NCBI GenBank assembly: GCA_943789305.1
Contig: CALSTP010000002.1
Span: forward strand, 21,173-85,172
Reading direction: 5' to 3'
DNA from: an uncultured Flavobacteriaceae bacterium
GTDB lineage: Bacteria; Bacteroidota; Bacteroidia; Flavobacteriales; Flavobacteriaceae
DNA length: 64,000 nt
Shown: one piece after another, positions 50,364-60,956 of the stretch
Position numbering within the stretch: position 1 is the stretch's first letter
How the letters are laid out: each line of letters begins with the position of its first letter
Notes under the pieces: model-generated
The model's input: only the letters and a program-made list of their open reading frames with translations
Told to the model about the DNA's origin: nothing
Databases searched by the model: none
Program-made: the position numbers and the translations under genes

Positions 50364-51878
50364 ATGTATAAATTCTGCAAAACAATTCTGAATACTTTTT
50401 TTCTTTTATCGACTATAATTTATGGTCAGAAAACAGTAGGAGACATTCAAATCAACATAAACATCAAGAATGTGCTGATAATGCATAAGGAACTTGTAAG
50501 TATTCCGAATTTACCCAAGGATAAAGAAATGATGCTTAAAAACATCAATTGGGTAGCCAAGCAATACATGGATTTAGATTTTAAAACCTCATTATTAGAA
50601 TCAAGTACCCTTCCTATTTTAATTGCAGAAAAAATAGTAAACCCTACTTACAAAACAGTCTTGTTCTATTTTCACATTGATGGACAACCAGTTAATTCAT
50701 CTGCTTGGGATCAAGAAGACCCTTTTGAACCAGTGTTAAAACGGCGCGATCAAAATGGAGATTGGCAGGTTTTGGATTGGAGTAAATTGAATGATAAAAT
50801 TGACGACGAATGGCGGATTTTTGGACGAGCAGCGGCAGATGATAAAGCACCAATCATTATGCTTCTATCAGCCATAAAAATGTTTCATAATCAAAAAAAG
50901 TCTCCTAAAATAAACCTTAAAATCATCTTTGACCCAGAGGAAGAATATGGGTCTAAGGCACTTTTATCTACATTAGATAAATATCAAGACCGTTATGCTT
51001 CTGATTATTTTATTGTAATGGACGGACCTGCTCATAATTCCAATCTACCCACCCTTACTTTTGGGTGTAGAGGAATTGCTTCTTGTTCGATAACCACTTT
51101 TGGATCCAAGTTACCCCAGCACAGCGGGCATTATGGAAATTATGTACCCAATCCGGTATTTAGACTTGCAAATCTTTTGTCTAGCATGAAAGATCCGGAA
51201 GGAAGAGTTTTGATAAAAGATTATTATCAAGGTATTGAAATAACCCCAGAAATTTCAAGTCTTTTACAAGAAGTCCCTTTTGATGCAAGAGAATTGAACA
51301 ATGAATTAGGGATTCATTCTTCTGAAAATGTGGGGATTAATTATCAAGAATCTCTTCAATATCCCTCTCTAAATGTTAGACAAATCGGAACCTCCTGGAA
51401 AGGCAAAGGGTTGAAGACTGTAATTCCTGAATATGCAACTGCAAACATTGATGTTCGATTGGTTCCAGAAACTGAAGGGGTGAGTCAATTGCAAAAAATC
51501 AAAAATCATATCGAGGAGCAAGGGTTTTATGTTCTTAATCGAGATCCGACAGATGAGGAAAGACAAATACATCCCAAAATTGTGAAATTTAAAGGAGCTT
51601 TGAGCGTTAACTCTTTTAGAACTAATCCAGATTCTGATTTTGGTAGAAAAATAAGAAATCATTTAAGAAAAGATTTTGGAAAAGATCCGGTTGTGATAAG
51701 ACTTATGGGTGGGACAGTGCCAATTGTTCCATTGATTAATAAATTGAAAGTGCCCACAGCGATTGTTCCTATGGTAAATATGGACAATAATCAGCACAGC
51801 CCTAATGAAAACATTAGAGTCGGAAACATAAGACAAGGAATTAAAATTTGTTTGTCCATTTTAAACGCATCCTATTAG
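50364..51878 (+). CDS. Secreted M20 family metallopeptidase/deacylase
   Basis: HIDGQP, GRAAADDK, EEE, HSGHYGN, NQHSPNEN. Confidence 0.9.
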   Translation: MYKFCKTILNTFFLLSTIIYGQKTVGDIQININIKNVLIMHKELVSIPNLPKDKEMMLKNINWVAKQYMDLDFKTSLLESSTLPILIAEKIVNPTYKTVLFYFHIDGQPVNSSAWDQEDPFEPVLKRRDQNGDWQVLDWSKLNDKIDDEWRIFGRAAADDKAPIIMLLSAIKMFHNQKKSPKINLKIIFDPEEEYGSKALLSTLDKYQDRYASDYFIVMDGPAHNSNLPTLTFGCRGIASCSITTFGSKLPQHSGHYGNYVPNPVFRLANLLSSMKDPEGRVLIKDYYQGIEITPEISSLLQEVPFDARELNNELGIHSSENVGINYQESLQYPSLNVRQIGTSWKGKGLKTVIPEYATANIDVRLVPETEGVSQLQKIKNHIEEQGFYVLNRDPTDEERQIHPKIVKFKGALSVNSFRTNPDSDFGRKIRNHLRKDFGKDPVVIRLMGGTVPIVPLINKLKVPTAIVPMVNMDNNQHSPNENIRVGNIRQGIKICLSILNASY

Positions 51879-51944
51879 ATATATTTTAATTTAAATTCTT
51901 GTAGTTTTTCTCAAAATATAGCACCATCCCTATAATACTTTCCT

Positions 51945-52286
51945 ATGGAACAGAACAACCACATCAATTAGGTTGATTTTAAGGCGAATGACCTTAAAAA
52001 AACTAAAAAGTTTAATTGAACTGTTTTTGACTGGAAATTTGAGGACTATGCTCCAAAAGATATAGCTTTTTCAGAGTCAGGAATTGCAGGTGGCTTTCAA
52101 CATTCAACTGAGGTAATTCTAAATGGAGCTTTGATCGTTTTATATCACAAAAAGTCAGAACTTATTAAAAAAATAAAAGAAGCAGGGGGAAGAGTTGTAC
52201 AAGATATTTTTTCTTTTCCGGGATGCCGTCGCTTTTATTTTAAAGATCCTTCGGGAAATGAACTAGCCTTTTGGACGAAAGCATAA
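51945..52286 (+). pseudogene. VOC/glyoxalase family pseudogene
   Basis: MEQNNHIN*VDFKANDLKKTKKFN*TVFDWKFEDY...AGGRVVQDIFSFPGCRRFYFKDPSGNELAFW; stops at 51969 and 52017. Confidence 0.85.
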
Positions 52287-52367
52287 GGAATCAAGGAGCA
52301 GGTGTTTTTATCTGCAACAGTCTTTTTGTTATCTTTGTAACTTCATTCATCTTAAAAAAAGTATAGC

Positions 52368-53402
52368 ATGCAACTGTACAATAAATTAAGCGCGAAGGAA
52401 CGAGCTTTGATGCTCGAAGAAGCCGGTACAGAACGGCTTACGCTTTCCTTTTATCAATACGCCCAAATAGGGAATCCTGAGCTTTTCAGAAACCATTTGT
52501 TTTTAACCTGGAACCCCATGGAAGTTTTGGGTAGAATTTATGTTGCAAATGAGGGAATTAATGCACAACTTTCAGTTCCTGCTCCACGTTTTCAAGAATT
52601 TAAAACACATCTAGATGGGATTGAATTTTTAAAAAACACACGACTTAATATAGCAATTGAGCAAGATTTAAAATCTTTTTTGAAGCTGAAAGTTAAAGTT
52701 AGAGACAAAATTGTCGCTGATGGCTTAAATGACTCAACCTTTGATGTTACTCAAAAAGGGAAGCACCTCAACGCTGAAGGATTTAATGATTTACTTGAAG
52801 ACCCAGACACCATTTGTGTAGATATGCGCAATCATTATGAAAGTGAAATAGGGCATTTTAAGGGAGCAATAACTCCTGATGTTGATACTTTTAGAGATTC
52901 ATTGCCAATTATCGAAGAGGATTTGGCTGATCTTAAAGAAGATAAAAAGTTGTTGATGTATTGTACGGGAGGAATTCGTTGTGAAAAGGCCAGTGCTTAT
53001 TTCAAACACAAAGGATTCAAAAATGTATATCAATTGGAAGGCGGTATTATTGAATATACCCGTCAAGTAAAAGAGAAAGGGCTTGAAAGTAAATTCATAG
53101 GCAAAAATTTTGTTTTTGATGAGCGAAGAGGAGAGCGCATTACGAATGATGTAATCGCTCAATGTCACCAATGTGGAACCCCTTGTGACACACATGTAAA
53201 TTGTGCCAATGAAGCATGTCACTTACTTTTTATCCAATGCAAAAGATGCCAAGAAAAAACAAAAAACTGTTGTTCTGATGAATGCACCTCAATTATTCAG
53301 TTGCCATATGAAGAACAAAAAGCACTTCGTAAGGGATTACACAACAGTAATAAAATCTTTAAAAAGGGCAGATCAGAGGTTTTAAAATTTAAAAACCAAT
53401 AA
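52368..53402 (+). CDS. trhO: tRNA U34 hydroxylase TrhO (rhodanese/YceA family)
   Basis: GRIYVANEGINAQ, DMRNHYESEIGHF, YCTGGIRCEKAS. Confidence 0.9.
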   Translation: MQLYNKLSAKERALMLEEAGTERLTLSFYQYAQIGNPELFRNHLFLTWNPMEVLGRIYVANEGINAQLSVPAPRFQEFKTHLDGIEFLKNTRLNIAIEQDLKSFLKLKVKVRDKIVADGLNDSTFDVTQKGKHLNAEGFNDLLEDPDTICVDMRNHYESEIGHFKGAITPDVDTFRDSLPIIEEDLADLKEDKKLLMYCTGGIRCEKASAYFKHKGFKNVYQLEGGIIEYTRQVKEKGLESKFIGKNFVFDERRGERITNDVIAQCHQCGTPCDTHVNCANEACHLLFIQCKRCQEKTKNCCSDECTSIIQLPYEEQKALRKGLHNSNKIFKKGRSEVLKFKNQ

Positions 53403-53470
53403 AAAAAAGGAAGCTTTTAATATGTCTGAATTAACTGTATCTTTACCTTTTTACACTAAAATATTCATTT

Positions 53471-54628
53471 ATGAGTTGTGCATCTTGTTCTTCAACAGAC
53501 GGCTCCCCAAGGGGGTGTAAAAATAATGGAACTTGTGGGACAGATAGCTGTAACAAACTTACTGTTTTTGATTGGTTGTCTAATATGAAATTACCCAATG
53601 GCCAAGAGCCATTCAACATCGTTGAGGTACGATTCAAAAACAGTAGAAAAGCATTTTATCGTAAAGGGAAAGATCAAAACTTGAGTATTGGGGATTTAGT
53701 TGCCACCGAGACTCAAAGCGGCCATGACATTGGGCAAGTTACCTTAACTGGAGAATTGGTTCGTTTCCAGATGAAAAAGAAAAAGATTAAGGAGGATAGC
53801 GAGGAGGTCTTGAAGATATACAGAAAGGCAAGCCAAAAAGATATTGATATTTGGCAGCAAGCCCGTGACCGAGAAAAAACCATTCAGAAACGTGCACGTG
53901 AAATGGCCATATTTTTGCATTTGGAGATGAAAATCTCCGATGTTGAGTTTCAAGGTGACGGATCAAAAGCAACCTTTTATTATACCGCAGAAAAACGAGT
54001 TGATTTTCGTCAATTAATCAAAGACATGGCTCAAGCTTTCAGTATTCGAATTGATATGCGCCAAGTTGGTTTACGCCAAGAAGCTTCCAGATTAGGAGGA
54101 ATTGGTTCTTGTGGAAGAGAATTGTGTTGTTCTACTTGGTTGACAGACTTCAGATCCGTTTCAACATCTGCTGCACGCTACCAACAACTTTCCTTAAATC
54201 CCCAAAAACTAGCAGGTCAATGTGGTAAATTGAAGTGTTGCTTAAATTATGAATTGGATTCTTATCGAAATGCTTTAAAGGCTTTCCCAAAAACAGAAAC
54301 TAAACTTCAAACGAGTAAAGGGGTGGGAGTTTGTCAAAAAATCGATATTTTCAAAGGATATATGTGGTATGCTTATAAAGATGAGTGGAAGAATTGGCAT
54401 TTGCTAAAAACAGATCAAGTAAAGCAAATAATTGAATTGAACAAAGCCAAAAAAACGGTTTTGAGCTTGGAGGATTTCTCTCAAGAAACTAGGGTAGAAT
54501 CCCCAGATAAAGTTTTTGAAAATGTAGTAGGACAAGATAGTTTGAACCGTTTTGATAGTCCTAAAAAAAGAAAAGCCAAGAACAAGTCTCGATCAAGAAA
54601 AAATAGTAATCAAAAGAAAAATGCATAA
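53471..54628 (+). CDS. ricT: PSP1/RicT Fe-S protein
   Basis: RVDFRQL, GGIGSCGRELCC, GQCGKLKCCLNYE. Confidence 0.88.
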   Translation: MSCASCSSTDGSPRGCKNNGTCGTDSCNKLTVFDWLSNMKLPNGQEPFNIVEVRFKNSRKAFYRKGKDQNLSIGDLVATETQSGHDIGQVTLTGELVRFQMKKKKIKEDSEEVLKIYRKASQKDIDIWQQARDREKTIQKRAREMAIFLHLEMKISDVEFQGDGSKATFYYTAEKRVDFRQLIKDMAQAFSIRIDMRQVGLRQEASRLGGIGSCGRELCCSTWLTDFRSVSTSAARYQQLSLNPQKLAGQCGKLKCCLNYELDSYRNALKAFPKTETKLQTSKGVGVCQKIDIFKGYMWYAYKDEWKNWHLLKTDQVKQIIELNKAKKTVLSLEDFSQETRVESPDKVFENVVGQDSLNRFDSPKKRKAKNKSRSRKNSNQKKNA

Positions 54629-55100
54629 ATTCAGTTTTCTTGCAGTTTTTATATTGATTACATCTTGTGATTCAGCTTTTTTATTTAGAGAATATAAATC
54701 CTTTTCTGAAGGATGGTCTTCATCGGATGCTGTTTCGTTTTCTATTCCACAAATGCCTAGAACCCCCTCCAATATTTATGTTCATATTCGCAATAATAAC
54801 GATTATCCCTATTCAAATTTATTTTTAATTGCTGAGTTGCGAGATTCTGTTCAAATAATTTTTAGAGACACTCTAGAATACGCTATGGCTAATCCAGAGG
54901 GTAAATGGCTTGGGGAAGGATTTTTAGATGTTAAAGAAAGTAAATTATGGTGGCATGAGGGATGGATACCCGAACACGAAGGGCCATTTTATGTGAATCT
55001 TTTTCAACGAGTACGAAATAATGGTGATGTTGAGGGTGTTCGACTTTTAGAAGGAATCCTAAATGTAGGGATTGCTGTAGAACCACAAATCCAGCCCTGA
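54621..55100 (+). CDS. gldH: Gliding motility lipoprotein GldH
   Basis: Lipobox ITSC, RNNNDYPYSNLFLI, DTLEYAMA.PEGKWLG; ATG 54621. Confidence 0.88.
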   Translation: MHKFSFLAVFILITSCDSAFLFREYKSFSEGWSSSDAVSFSIPQMPRTPSNIYVHIRNNNDYPYSNLFLIAELRDSVQIIFRDTLEYAMANPEGKWLGEGFLDVKESKLWWHEGWIPEHEGPFYVNLFQRVRNNGDVEGVRLLEGILNVGIAVEPQIQP

Positions 55101-57439
55101 TGACTAGAAATAAAAAGAAAAAAAAGATTGTCAAAAAAGGGTCTAATCCTTACAGAAAGCCCTTACGTTTTTTCTGGTTAATTTTCTCTATGGGAATTTT
55201 ATCGGTTATCCTCTTGTTTTTAAGTGCTGCATTAGGAGTATTGGGTAAAATGCCTGAACTTCAACAACTTGACAATCCTAAGACCAATTTAGCAACTCAA
55301 ATTTTATCGAGTGATGGAGTTGTTTTGGGGAAGTTTTATTTTAATGATAATCGAACTCAAATTATCTTCGATACTCTTCCAGAAAATTTAGTTCAAGCCT
55401 TGATTGCAACCGAAGATGAAAGATTCTTTAGTCATTCAGGCATTGATCTTAAAGGGACGTTGCGGGCACTTGTATATTTAGGAAAAAAAGGAGGGGCAAG
55501 TACCATAAGTCAACAGCTGGCTCGACAATTGTTTGTTGGAGTTCGTTCAAGAAACAAAATCGAGGCTGTTTTACAAAAATTCAAGGAATGGGTCTTGGCG
55601 GTACAGCTAGAAAGAAGATACACTAAAGAAGAGATCATAGCGATGTATCTTAATGTATATGACTTTGGGTATAGTGCAGACGGAATCCAATCTGCGGCTA
55701 AAATATACTTTAATACTACTCCCAGCCAGTTGCGAATTGAACATTCTGCTACTCTAGTTGGGATGCTTAAAAATTCATCTTTGTACAATCCGCTCCGAAG
55801 ACCAGAACGTGTAGAAAAAAGAAGGAATATCGTTTTTCAACAAATGGAACGTAATAACTTCATTTCACAAACAGAATTAGATTCCCTCAAAAGAATTCCT
55901 TTGGAACTTGATTATACTCCTGATTCTCATAGAGAAGGCTTGGCAACCTATTTTAGAGCTTATTTACAGCAATTCATGAGAAAATGGACCTCAGAAAACC
56001 TTAAAGAAGACGGAACTAAATACGATATTTTTCGAGATGGACTAAGAATTTTCACAACCATTGATTCCCGTTTACAAAAAATTGGAGAAGAATCTGTATC
56101 GGCTCATATTTCAAATTTGCAAAAAGAATTCTTTCTCCAAAATACTCCTGAGGCAAACCCAACAGCACCTTTTTTAGAACTTAGAGAAGGAGAAATAGAT
56201 ACTTTACTCCAAACTACCGCAAGAAGATCAGAACGATGGCGAAAGATGCGATCATCCGGTAAAGACGAGGAAACTATTTGGGAAACTTTTCAAAAACCTG
56301 TGAAAATGGAAGTTTTTAGTTGGAAAGGAGATCGGGACACGGTTATGAGTCCCTTGGATTCCATTCGATATTACAAGCACTTTCTCAGAGCTTCTATGAT
56401 GTCTATGAACCCATTGACGGGTCATGTGAAGGCTTGGGTAGGCGGTTTCAATTATAAACATTTTCAGTACGATCAAGTAAAACAAGGACGCCGTCAAATA
56501 GGCTCTACTTTTAAGCCTTTTTTATATGCAACAGCAATTGACCAATTGCGTCTTTCACCATGTGATATTTTACCAGATGCACTTTTTTGTATTGAGCCCC
56601 AGAAACACGGGAATGTAGATGCTTGGTGTCCAAAGAATTCGGGAGATAAATACGGTCAAATGCGAACATTAAAAAATGCCTTAGCCAACTCAATAAATAC
56701 TGTTAGTGCTAGACTTATGGATCGTGTAGGACCTAGGCCGGTTGTCAATTTGGCTCGCAAGATGGGAATTACTTCTTATTTGCCGAAAGTTCCTTCAATT
56801 GCCTTGGGAACCCCTGATATTAGTTTATTTGAAATGGTAGGGGCATACAGTACCTTTGCAAATAAAGGAATTTACGTTAAACCAATAATGATTTCTCGAA
56901 TTGAAGATAAAAATGGGACCATTCTCTTTGAGGTGGTTCCAGAAACAACAGATGTGTTGAGTCAAGAGTCAGCATACGTTACGATTGATCTACTAAAAGG
57001 AGTGACAGAATCTGGGTCAGGAATTCGCTTACGCCATACAGGGGCTGATGAACATAATTATGCCTATAAAAATGTTGTTACAGGATATCCCTATGAATTT
57101 AAAAATCCAATTGCTGGAAAAACTGGAACTACTCAAAATCAAAGCGATGGATGGTTTATGGGAATGGTACCTAACTTGGTCACTGGGGTCTGGGTTGGTG
57201 GAGAAGATAGAGCAATACATTTTGAGGACATTGCTTTTGGACAAGGGGCAACTATGGCACTTCCAATATGGGCGATGTATATGAAAGCAGCTTATGCTGT
57301 TCCAGAGTTAGGAATTTCCTCTGAAGATTTTGAAGCTCCAGAAGAGTTAACAATCCCTATCGATTGTAGTCAATTGAATCCAACAGATAATCTTCTAGAA
57401 GAGAACAAAAAAGAAGATTTGGAGGGGCTTGGATTTTAG
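55100..57439 (+). CDS. Class A penicillin-binding protein (PBP1A)
   Basis: EDERF, GASTISQQL, STFK, SIN, KTGT. Confidence 0.93.
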   Translation: MTRNKKKKKIVKKGSNPYRKPLRFFWLIFSMGILSVILLFLSAALGVLGKMPELQQLDNPKTNLATQILSSDGVVLGKFYFNDNRTQIIFDTLPENLVQALIATEDERFFSHSGIDLKGTLRALVYLGKKGGASTISQQLARQLFVGVRSRNKIEAVLQKFKEWVLAVQLERRYTKEEIIAMYLNVYDFGYSADGIQSAAKIYFNTTPSQLRIEHSATLVGMLKNSSLYNPLRRPERVEKRRNIVFQQMERNNFISQTELDSLKRIPLELDYTPDSHREGLATYFRAYLQQFMRKWTSENLKEDGTKYDIFRDGLRIFTTIDSRLQKIGEESVSAHISNLQKEFFLQNTPEANPTAPFLELREGEIDTLLQTTARRSERWRKMRSSGKDEETIWETFQKPVKMEVFSWKGDRDTVMSPLDSIRYYKHFLRASMMSMNPLTGHVKAWVGGFNYKHFQYDQVKQGRRQIGSTFKPFLYATAIDQLRLSPCDILPDALFCIEPQKHGNVDAWCPKNSGDKYGQMRTLKNALANSINTVSARLMDRVGPRPVVNLARKMGITSYLPKVPSIALGTPDISLFEMVGAYSTFANKGIYVKPIMISRIEDKNGTILFEVVPETTDVLSQESAYVTIDLLKGVTESGSGIRLRHTGADEHNYAYKNVVTGYPYEFKNPIAGKTGTTQNQSDGWFMGMVPNLVTGVWVGGEDRAIHFEDIAFGQGATMALPIWAMYMKAAYAVPELGISSEDFEAPEELTIPIDCSQLNPTDNLLEENKKEDLEGLGF

Positions 57440-57891
57440 TAGTTGTCTGAAACATGCCATTCGGCAAATGAAGTTTCAGTTTCTCTGAGTTTTAGGGTGT
57501 GTAATGAAATTCCTTTGGGTAATCTTTTTTTGATTTTGTTAGCAAAATCAATTACCATCATTTCACTCGTAGGTTGATAATTGACTTTCAAAACTTTATG
57601 CCCTCTAGACTCCATTTCTTCTGCAAGTTCTTTATGTGGCGAAGTGACGTTTAATACTGTAGCGTGATCAAAGGGGATAACGATTTCTTCTTTTACAATT
57701 TTTTTGAGATCACTAAAATCAATGACCATTCCGTTTTTGGTTTGTTTTGGATCATTTATTGGAGTTCCAATTACTGTTACAGCTAGTTTATAACTGTGCC
57801 CATGAACATTTTTGCATAAACCATCGTAACCATGTAGGGCATGGCCTGTTTCGAAATGAAATTCTTTTGTGATTCTTATTTTTTGATTCAT
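57436..57891 (-). CDS. queD: 6-carboxytetrahydropterin synthase
   Basis: CKNVHGHSY, MVIDF, PTSE, LRET. Confidence 0.88.
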   Translation of the reverse strand: MNQKIRITKEFHFETGHALHGYDGLCKNVHGHSYKLAVTVIGTPINDPKQTKNGMVIDFSDLKKIVKEEIVIPFDHATVLNVTSPHKELAEEMESRGHKVLKVNYQPTSEMMVIDFANKIKKRLPKGISLHTLKLRETETSFAEWHVSDNY

Positions 57892-58135
57892 GATTGAAGG
57901 TATAATACGTATTTAGCTTGATATATATTAGTTTTTGCAAGTTCTATATTTTTTGTGAATTTTAGCGATCCTGTATAAAATCTTTAGGCCTTTATATGAT
58001 TTTTTTCAACTTTTAAGAAATTGAACCAAAGGACAACAATGATTTATTAAGTTATTAAAAAAATAACATAATTATCTGATCTAATGATGCATTAGCACTA
58101 TTTTTGCATTAGAATTCACAAAGAAACCCTCAATC

Positions 58136-58927
58136 ATGAAAAACATTCTTGTGCCTATTGGCATCTCACCTAACGGTAAAAATACTTTAACCTATGCAAT
58201 TACTTTAGCTAAAAATTACAAAGCTTCTTTATTTGTAATGGATTCATATAATACAACAATGACCCCTGCTCATATTTCATCTGCAAAGAAAGTGATTCAT
58301 GAACAAAATTTAAATCGTGTAAAGAGAATGGTTCAATCAGTTCAAAATGAATCTGTTGATATAAAAATGGTTAATTATAAAGGAGATCTTTTGAATGGGG
58401 TTGAATCTTTAGATTCAGAAATCGGTTTGGATTTAATAGTAGTAGGTCCAAAAAGCAACGACATCAATGATGCTCTTTTTTTGGGGAAAACATCAGGAAA
58501 GATTGTTAAGAAAACTAAAGTTCCCGTCTTATTAGTTCCTGTTGGTTTTTCTTTTAGTATCCCAAAACAGGCTTTATTTGCTTTCAAATTGGGAAAGGTA
58601 GAAGGAGAAAAGTCTCTTAATCCTCTTAAAGAGTTCGTTAAAGCATTCCAAACTAAAATTAGCCTTTTGCTTGTCAAAACTCCAGGTTACCAAGATAAAA
58701 AATTAGAAGTTGATCATGAAGTAGTGGAACTCTCCGAAGGTTTAACATCTACTGATAATGCTACAGTTTATCAAGGAGTATTAGAACATTTTTCTAGTGT
58801 ACAACCTGATATACTTGTTGTTTTTGCAAGAAAAAGAGGTTTTTTTGAAAAGTTGATGGAACCGGATGTTATTTATAAAAAAGAATTTTACGCGAAAATT
58901 CCTCTTCTTGTTTTGAAGAATCGCTAA
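58136..58927 (+). CDS. Universal stress protein (tandem USP)
   Basis: MKNILVP, DLIVVG, LGKTS..IVK..VPVLLVP; TATTTTTG at 58099. Confidence 0.85.
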   Translation: MKNILVPIGISPNGKNTLTYAITLAKNYKASLFVMDSYNTTMTPAHISSAKKVIHEQNLNRVKRMVQSVQNESVDIKMVNYKGDLLNGVESLDSEIGLDLIVVGPKSNDINDALFLGKTSGKIVKKTKVPVLLVPVGFSFSIPKQALFAFKLGKVEGEKSLNPLKEFVKAFQTKISLLLVKTPGYQDKKLEVDHEVVELSEGLTSTDNATVYQGVLEHFSSVQPDILVVFARKRGFFEKLMEPDVIYKKEFYAKIPLLVLKNR

Positions 58928-58954
58928 GAAAAATTTTAACACTTTATTTGGTTC

Positions 58955-59890
58955 ATGATGAATGTTAATTATAATTCAAGGCTGTTTTTGTGTGTTATCT
59001 TTTCTTTCACTCAATCGATTTCTTTCGCACAAAAGTATTTTAGTTTAGATGTAGACAATGACCTATATTTTTCGAGTGATAAATACTATTCAAGCGGAAT
59101 TTTTTTACAGTATGGGGAAAAGTTAAAGCCAAAAGAAAAAGTTGATCAAGAATCCTCAAGGAGTTATTTACTTTTGGAGTTGGGTCAAGAAATATATACC
59201 CCATCAGACAGATATTCAACAAACAATTCAGATTATGACTATCCCTACGGAGGTTGGCTTTATCTCAAAGCTGCTTTTCAAGAAGAAATCACGACCAATA
59301 ATCACTGGCAATGGGGAGTGCAGTTTGGAGCTACAGGGGATACTTCTTTAGCTCAATGGATGCAAAATACGTATCATCGTTTGTTTTTGAACTTAAGGGA
59401 ACTTGCTTGGACTGATGAGGTACCTCAGGCTTTTCATATGAACGCTTTTGTAGATTCTTTTAGGCGTTGGCATTTTGGTGAATTTGTTGCATTTCAAACG
59501 CACTTGAATTCTAGTTTAGGGACTCAGCGAATTTCCGCTGCATTAGCTTTGGGGTTTAATTTGGGGAATCAAATTGTTTTGCCCAACGGAGGTAATGTGC
59601 TCCTCGGGAAAAAGAAGGGTAGTGGAATTTATTTGGGTGGGAGAATCCAATACATTGCTCACGACTATATGCTTTCTGGGAGTTTGTTTAAGGATAATAA
59701 TACTTTATCCCTGCCCGTAAATCGAGTTAGAACATTGATTGAGGTTGGTTATTCGTTTCATAAAGGTCCTTGGCGAATTTCAACTGTTTTTTTTAACCGA
59801 AGTCCTGACAACAAGGCTCAAAATCAAAAAAAACACCGTTACTTAAAAATAACACTCACTCGATTTTTAGAATATCAAAGGGATAAATAA
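58955..59890 (+). CDS. Lipid A deacylase LpxR-like (DUF2219) outer-membrane protein
   Basis: DND...SDKYYSSG, GQEIYTP, DYPYGGWLY, QNTYH. Confidence 0.75.
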   Translation: MMNVNYNSRLFLCVIFSFTQSISFAQKYFSLDVDNDLYFSSDKYYSSGIFLQYGEKLKPKEKVDQESSRSYLLLELGQEIYTPSDRYSTNNSDYDYPYGGWLYLKAAFQEEITTNNHWQWGVQFGATGDTSLAQWMQNTYHRLFLNLRELAWTDEVPQAFHMNAFVDSFRRWHFGEFVAFQTHLNSSLGTQRISAALALGFNLGNQIVLPNGGNVLLGKKKGSGIYLGGRIQYIAHDYMLSGSLFKDNNTLSLPVNRVRTLIEVGYSFHKGPWRISTVFFNRSPDNKAQNQKKHRYLKITLTRFLEYQRDK

Positions 59891-59959
59891 GTGTTAATTT
59901 TTTTATACATCCACATCCTTTTCCTAGTTTTATTTTGCTCTAACATAAAACCACTTATT

Positions 59960-60514
59960 ATGAAAAGATTTCTAACTCTTTATGTTTTTAGCTTATTATT
60001 AAGCTCTTGTATTACGGTCAAAGTTTACAAGACGGATCAAGATTCAAAAGAGGAACCTAAAAAGCCAATTCAAAAAAGATCAGCTTTATTATCATCAGAG
60101 ATAATCGTTCCTTTGATGAACGGTGACTCAGAAATCTATTTTTTTGGTGAAGAACCGGAAATAATAGATTTTGATGAAAAAGAAAGCAATCCACACATAA
60201 ATAAGAATGTTTTTGTTTTTAAAAGTAAAGATTCTTTGGGCTCTCTCGATTGGATTTCTAACGAAGGAGACTCTCTTTCTGGGAAGATGATTTTTATAAA
60301 TCAAAATAAAGGGAACATCAAAGGCGAATACATTTTTGAAGAATCGAGACCAGTCATAATTTTAGATGGTGAGGAAATGGATTTAGAGTTTGATTTAGAA
60401 AAATTGAATGCAGATGATATTGAGCGGATTGAAATTTTTAAAGGTCAAAAAGCTCTTCAAAAAGTAGGAGATAAAGGCAAAAATGGAGTCATCATTATCA
60501 AGATGAAAAATTAG
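59960..60514 (+). CDS. Lipoprotein with C-terminal TonB-receptor plug-like motif
   Basis: Lipobox LSSC; PVIILDG...LNADDIERIEIFKG...GKNGVIII. Confidence 0.6.
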   Translation: MKRFLTLYVFSLLLSSCITVKVYKTDQDSKEEPKKPIQKRSALLSSEIIVPLMNGDSEIYFFGEEPEIIDFDEKESNPHINKNVFVFKSKDSLGSLDWISNEGDSLSGKMIFINQNKGNIKGEYIFEESRPVIILDGEEMDLEFDLEKLNADDIERIEIFKGQKALQKVGDKGKNGVIIIKMKN

Positions 60515-60956
60515 GGTTGTTCCAGAAGTAAAAATTGTGTTCCTTATCTTTTTTGAAATCCATTTTGGGATAGAGTTGATTCCCAATAGCGTTTGTGTTT
60601 TCGGTTTCTAAACTGATTCCTTTTGTATTGGTTTCTATCGCGAAAACTTGTGCAAATTTAAGTAATTGTATTCCGATTTTTTTATTTCGGTGTTTAGGGG
60701 CCACAAAAAGATCGTTTAAGATCCATAAAGGCGCCATACTCACCGAAGAATTCGGGTAGAGCTGGGTAAACCCGACCGCCTTCGGACCTTCATAAGCCAT
60801 AAAAACAAGACTTTGTTTTTTGGTTAAGCGTTGTTTTAAAAATTCTTTTGCTCCGTCAAGGTCGGATTCTTTTTTATAAAAAATTCGATAGGCATCGAAA
60901 AGAAGAGTCAAATCATTAAGATGTCTTGTTGTTGCTTTAAAAATAGTAATCATCAA
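60498..60956 (-). CDS. GNAT family N-acetyltransferase
   Basis: LFDAYRIFY, GFTQLYP, ILNDLFV.P..R..KIG. Confidence 0.88.
   Translation of the reverse strand: MMITIFKATTRHLNDLTLLFDAYRIFYKKESDLDGAKEFLKQRLTKKQSLVFMAYEGPKAVGFTQLYPNSSVSMAPLWILNDLFVAPKHRNKKIGIQLLKFAQVFAIETNTKGISLETENTNAIGNQLYPKMDFKKDKEHNFYFWNNPNFSS

Noticed and set aside
49971-52286. Stop-codon reassignment or readthrough as the explanation for the in-frame stops
   Set aside because: All three stop types (TAA, TAG, TGA) occur in the broken genes and all three terminate normal genes in the window; decay is the simpler explanation
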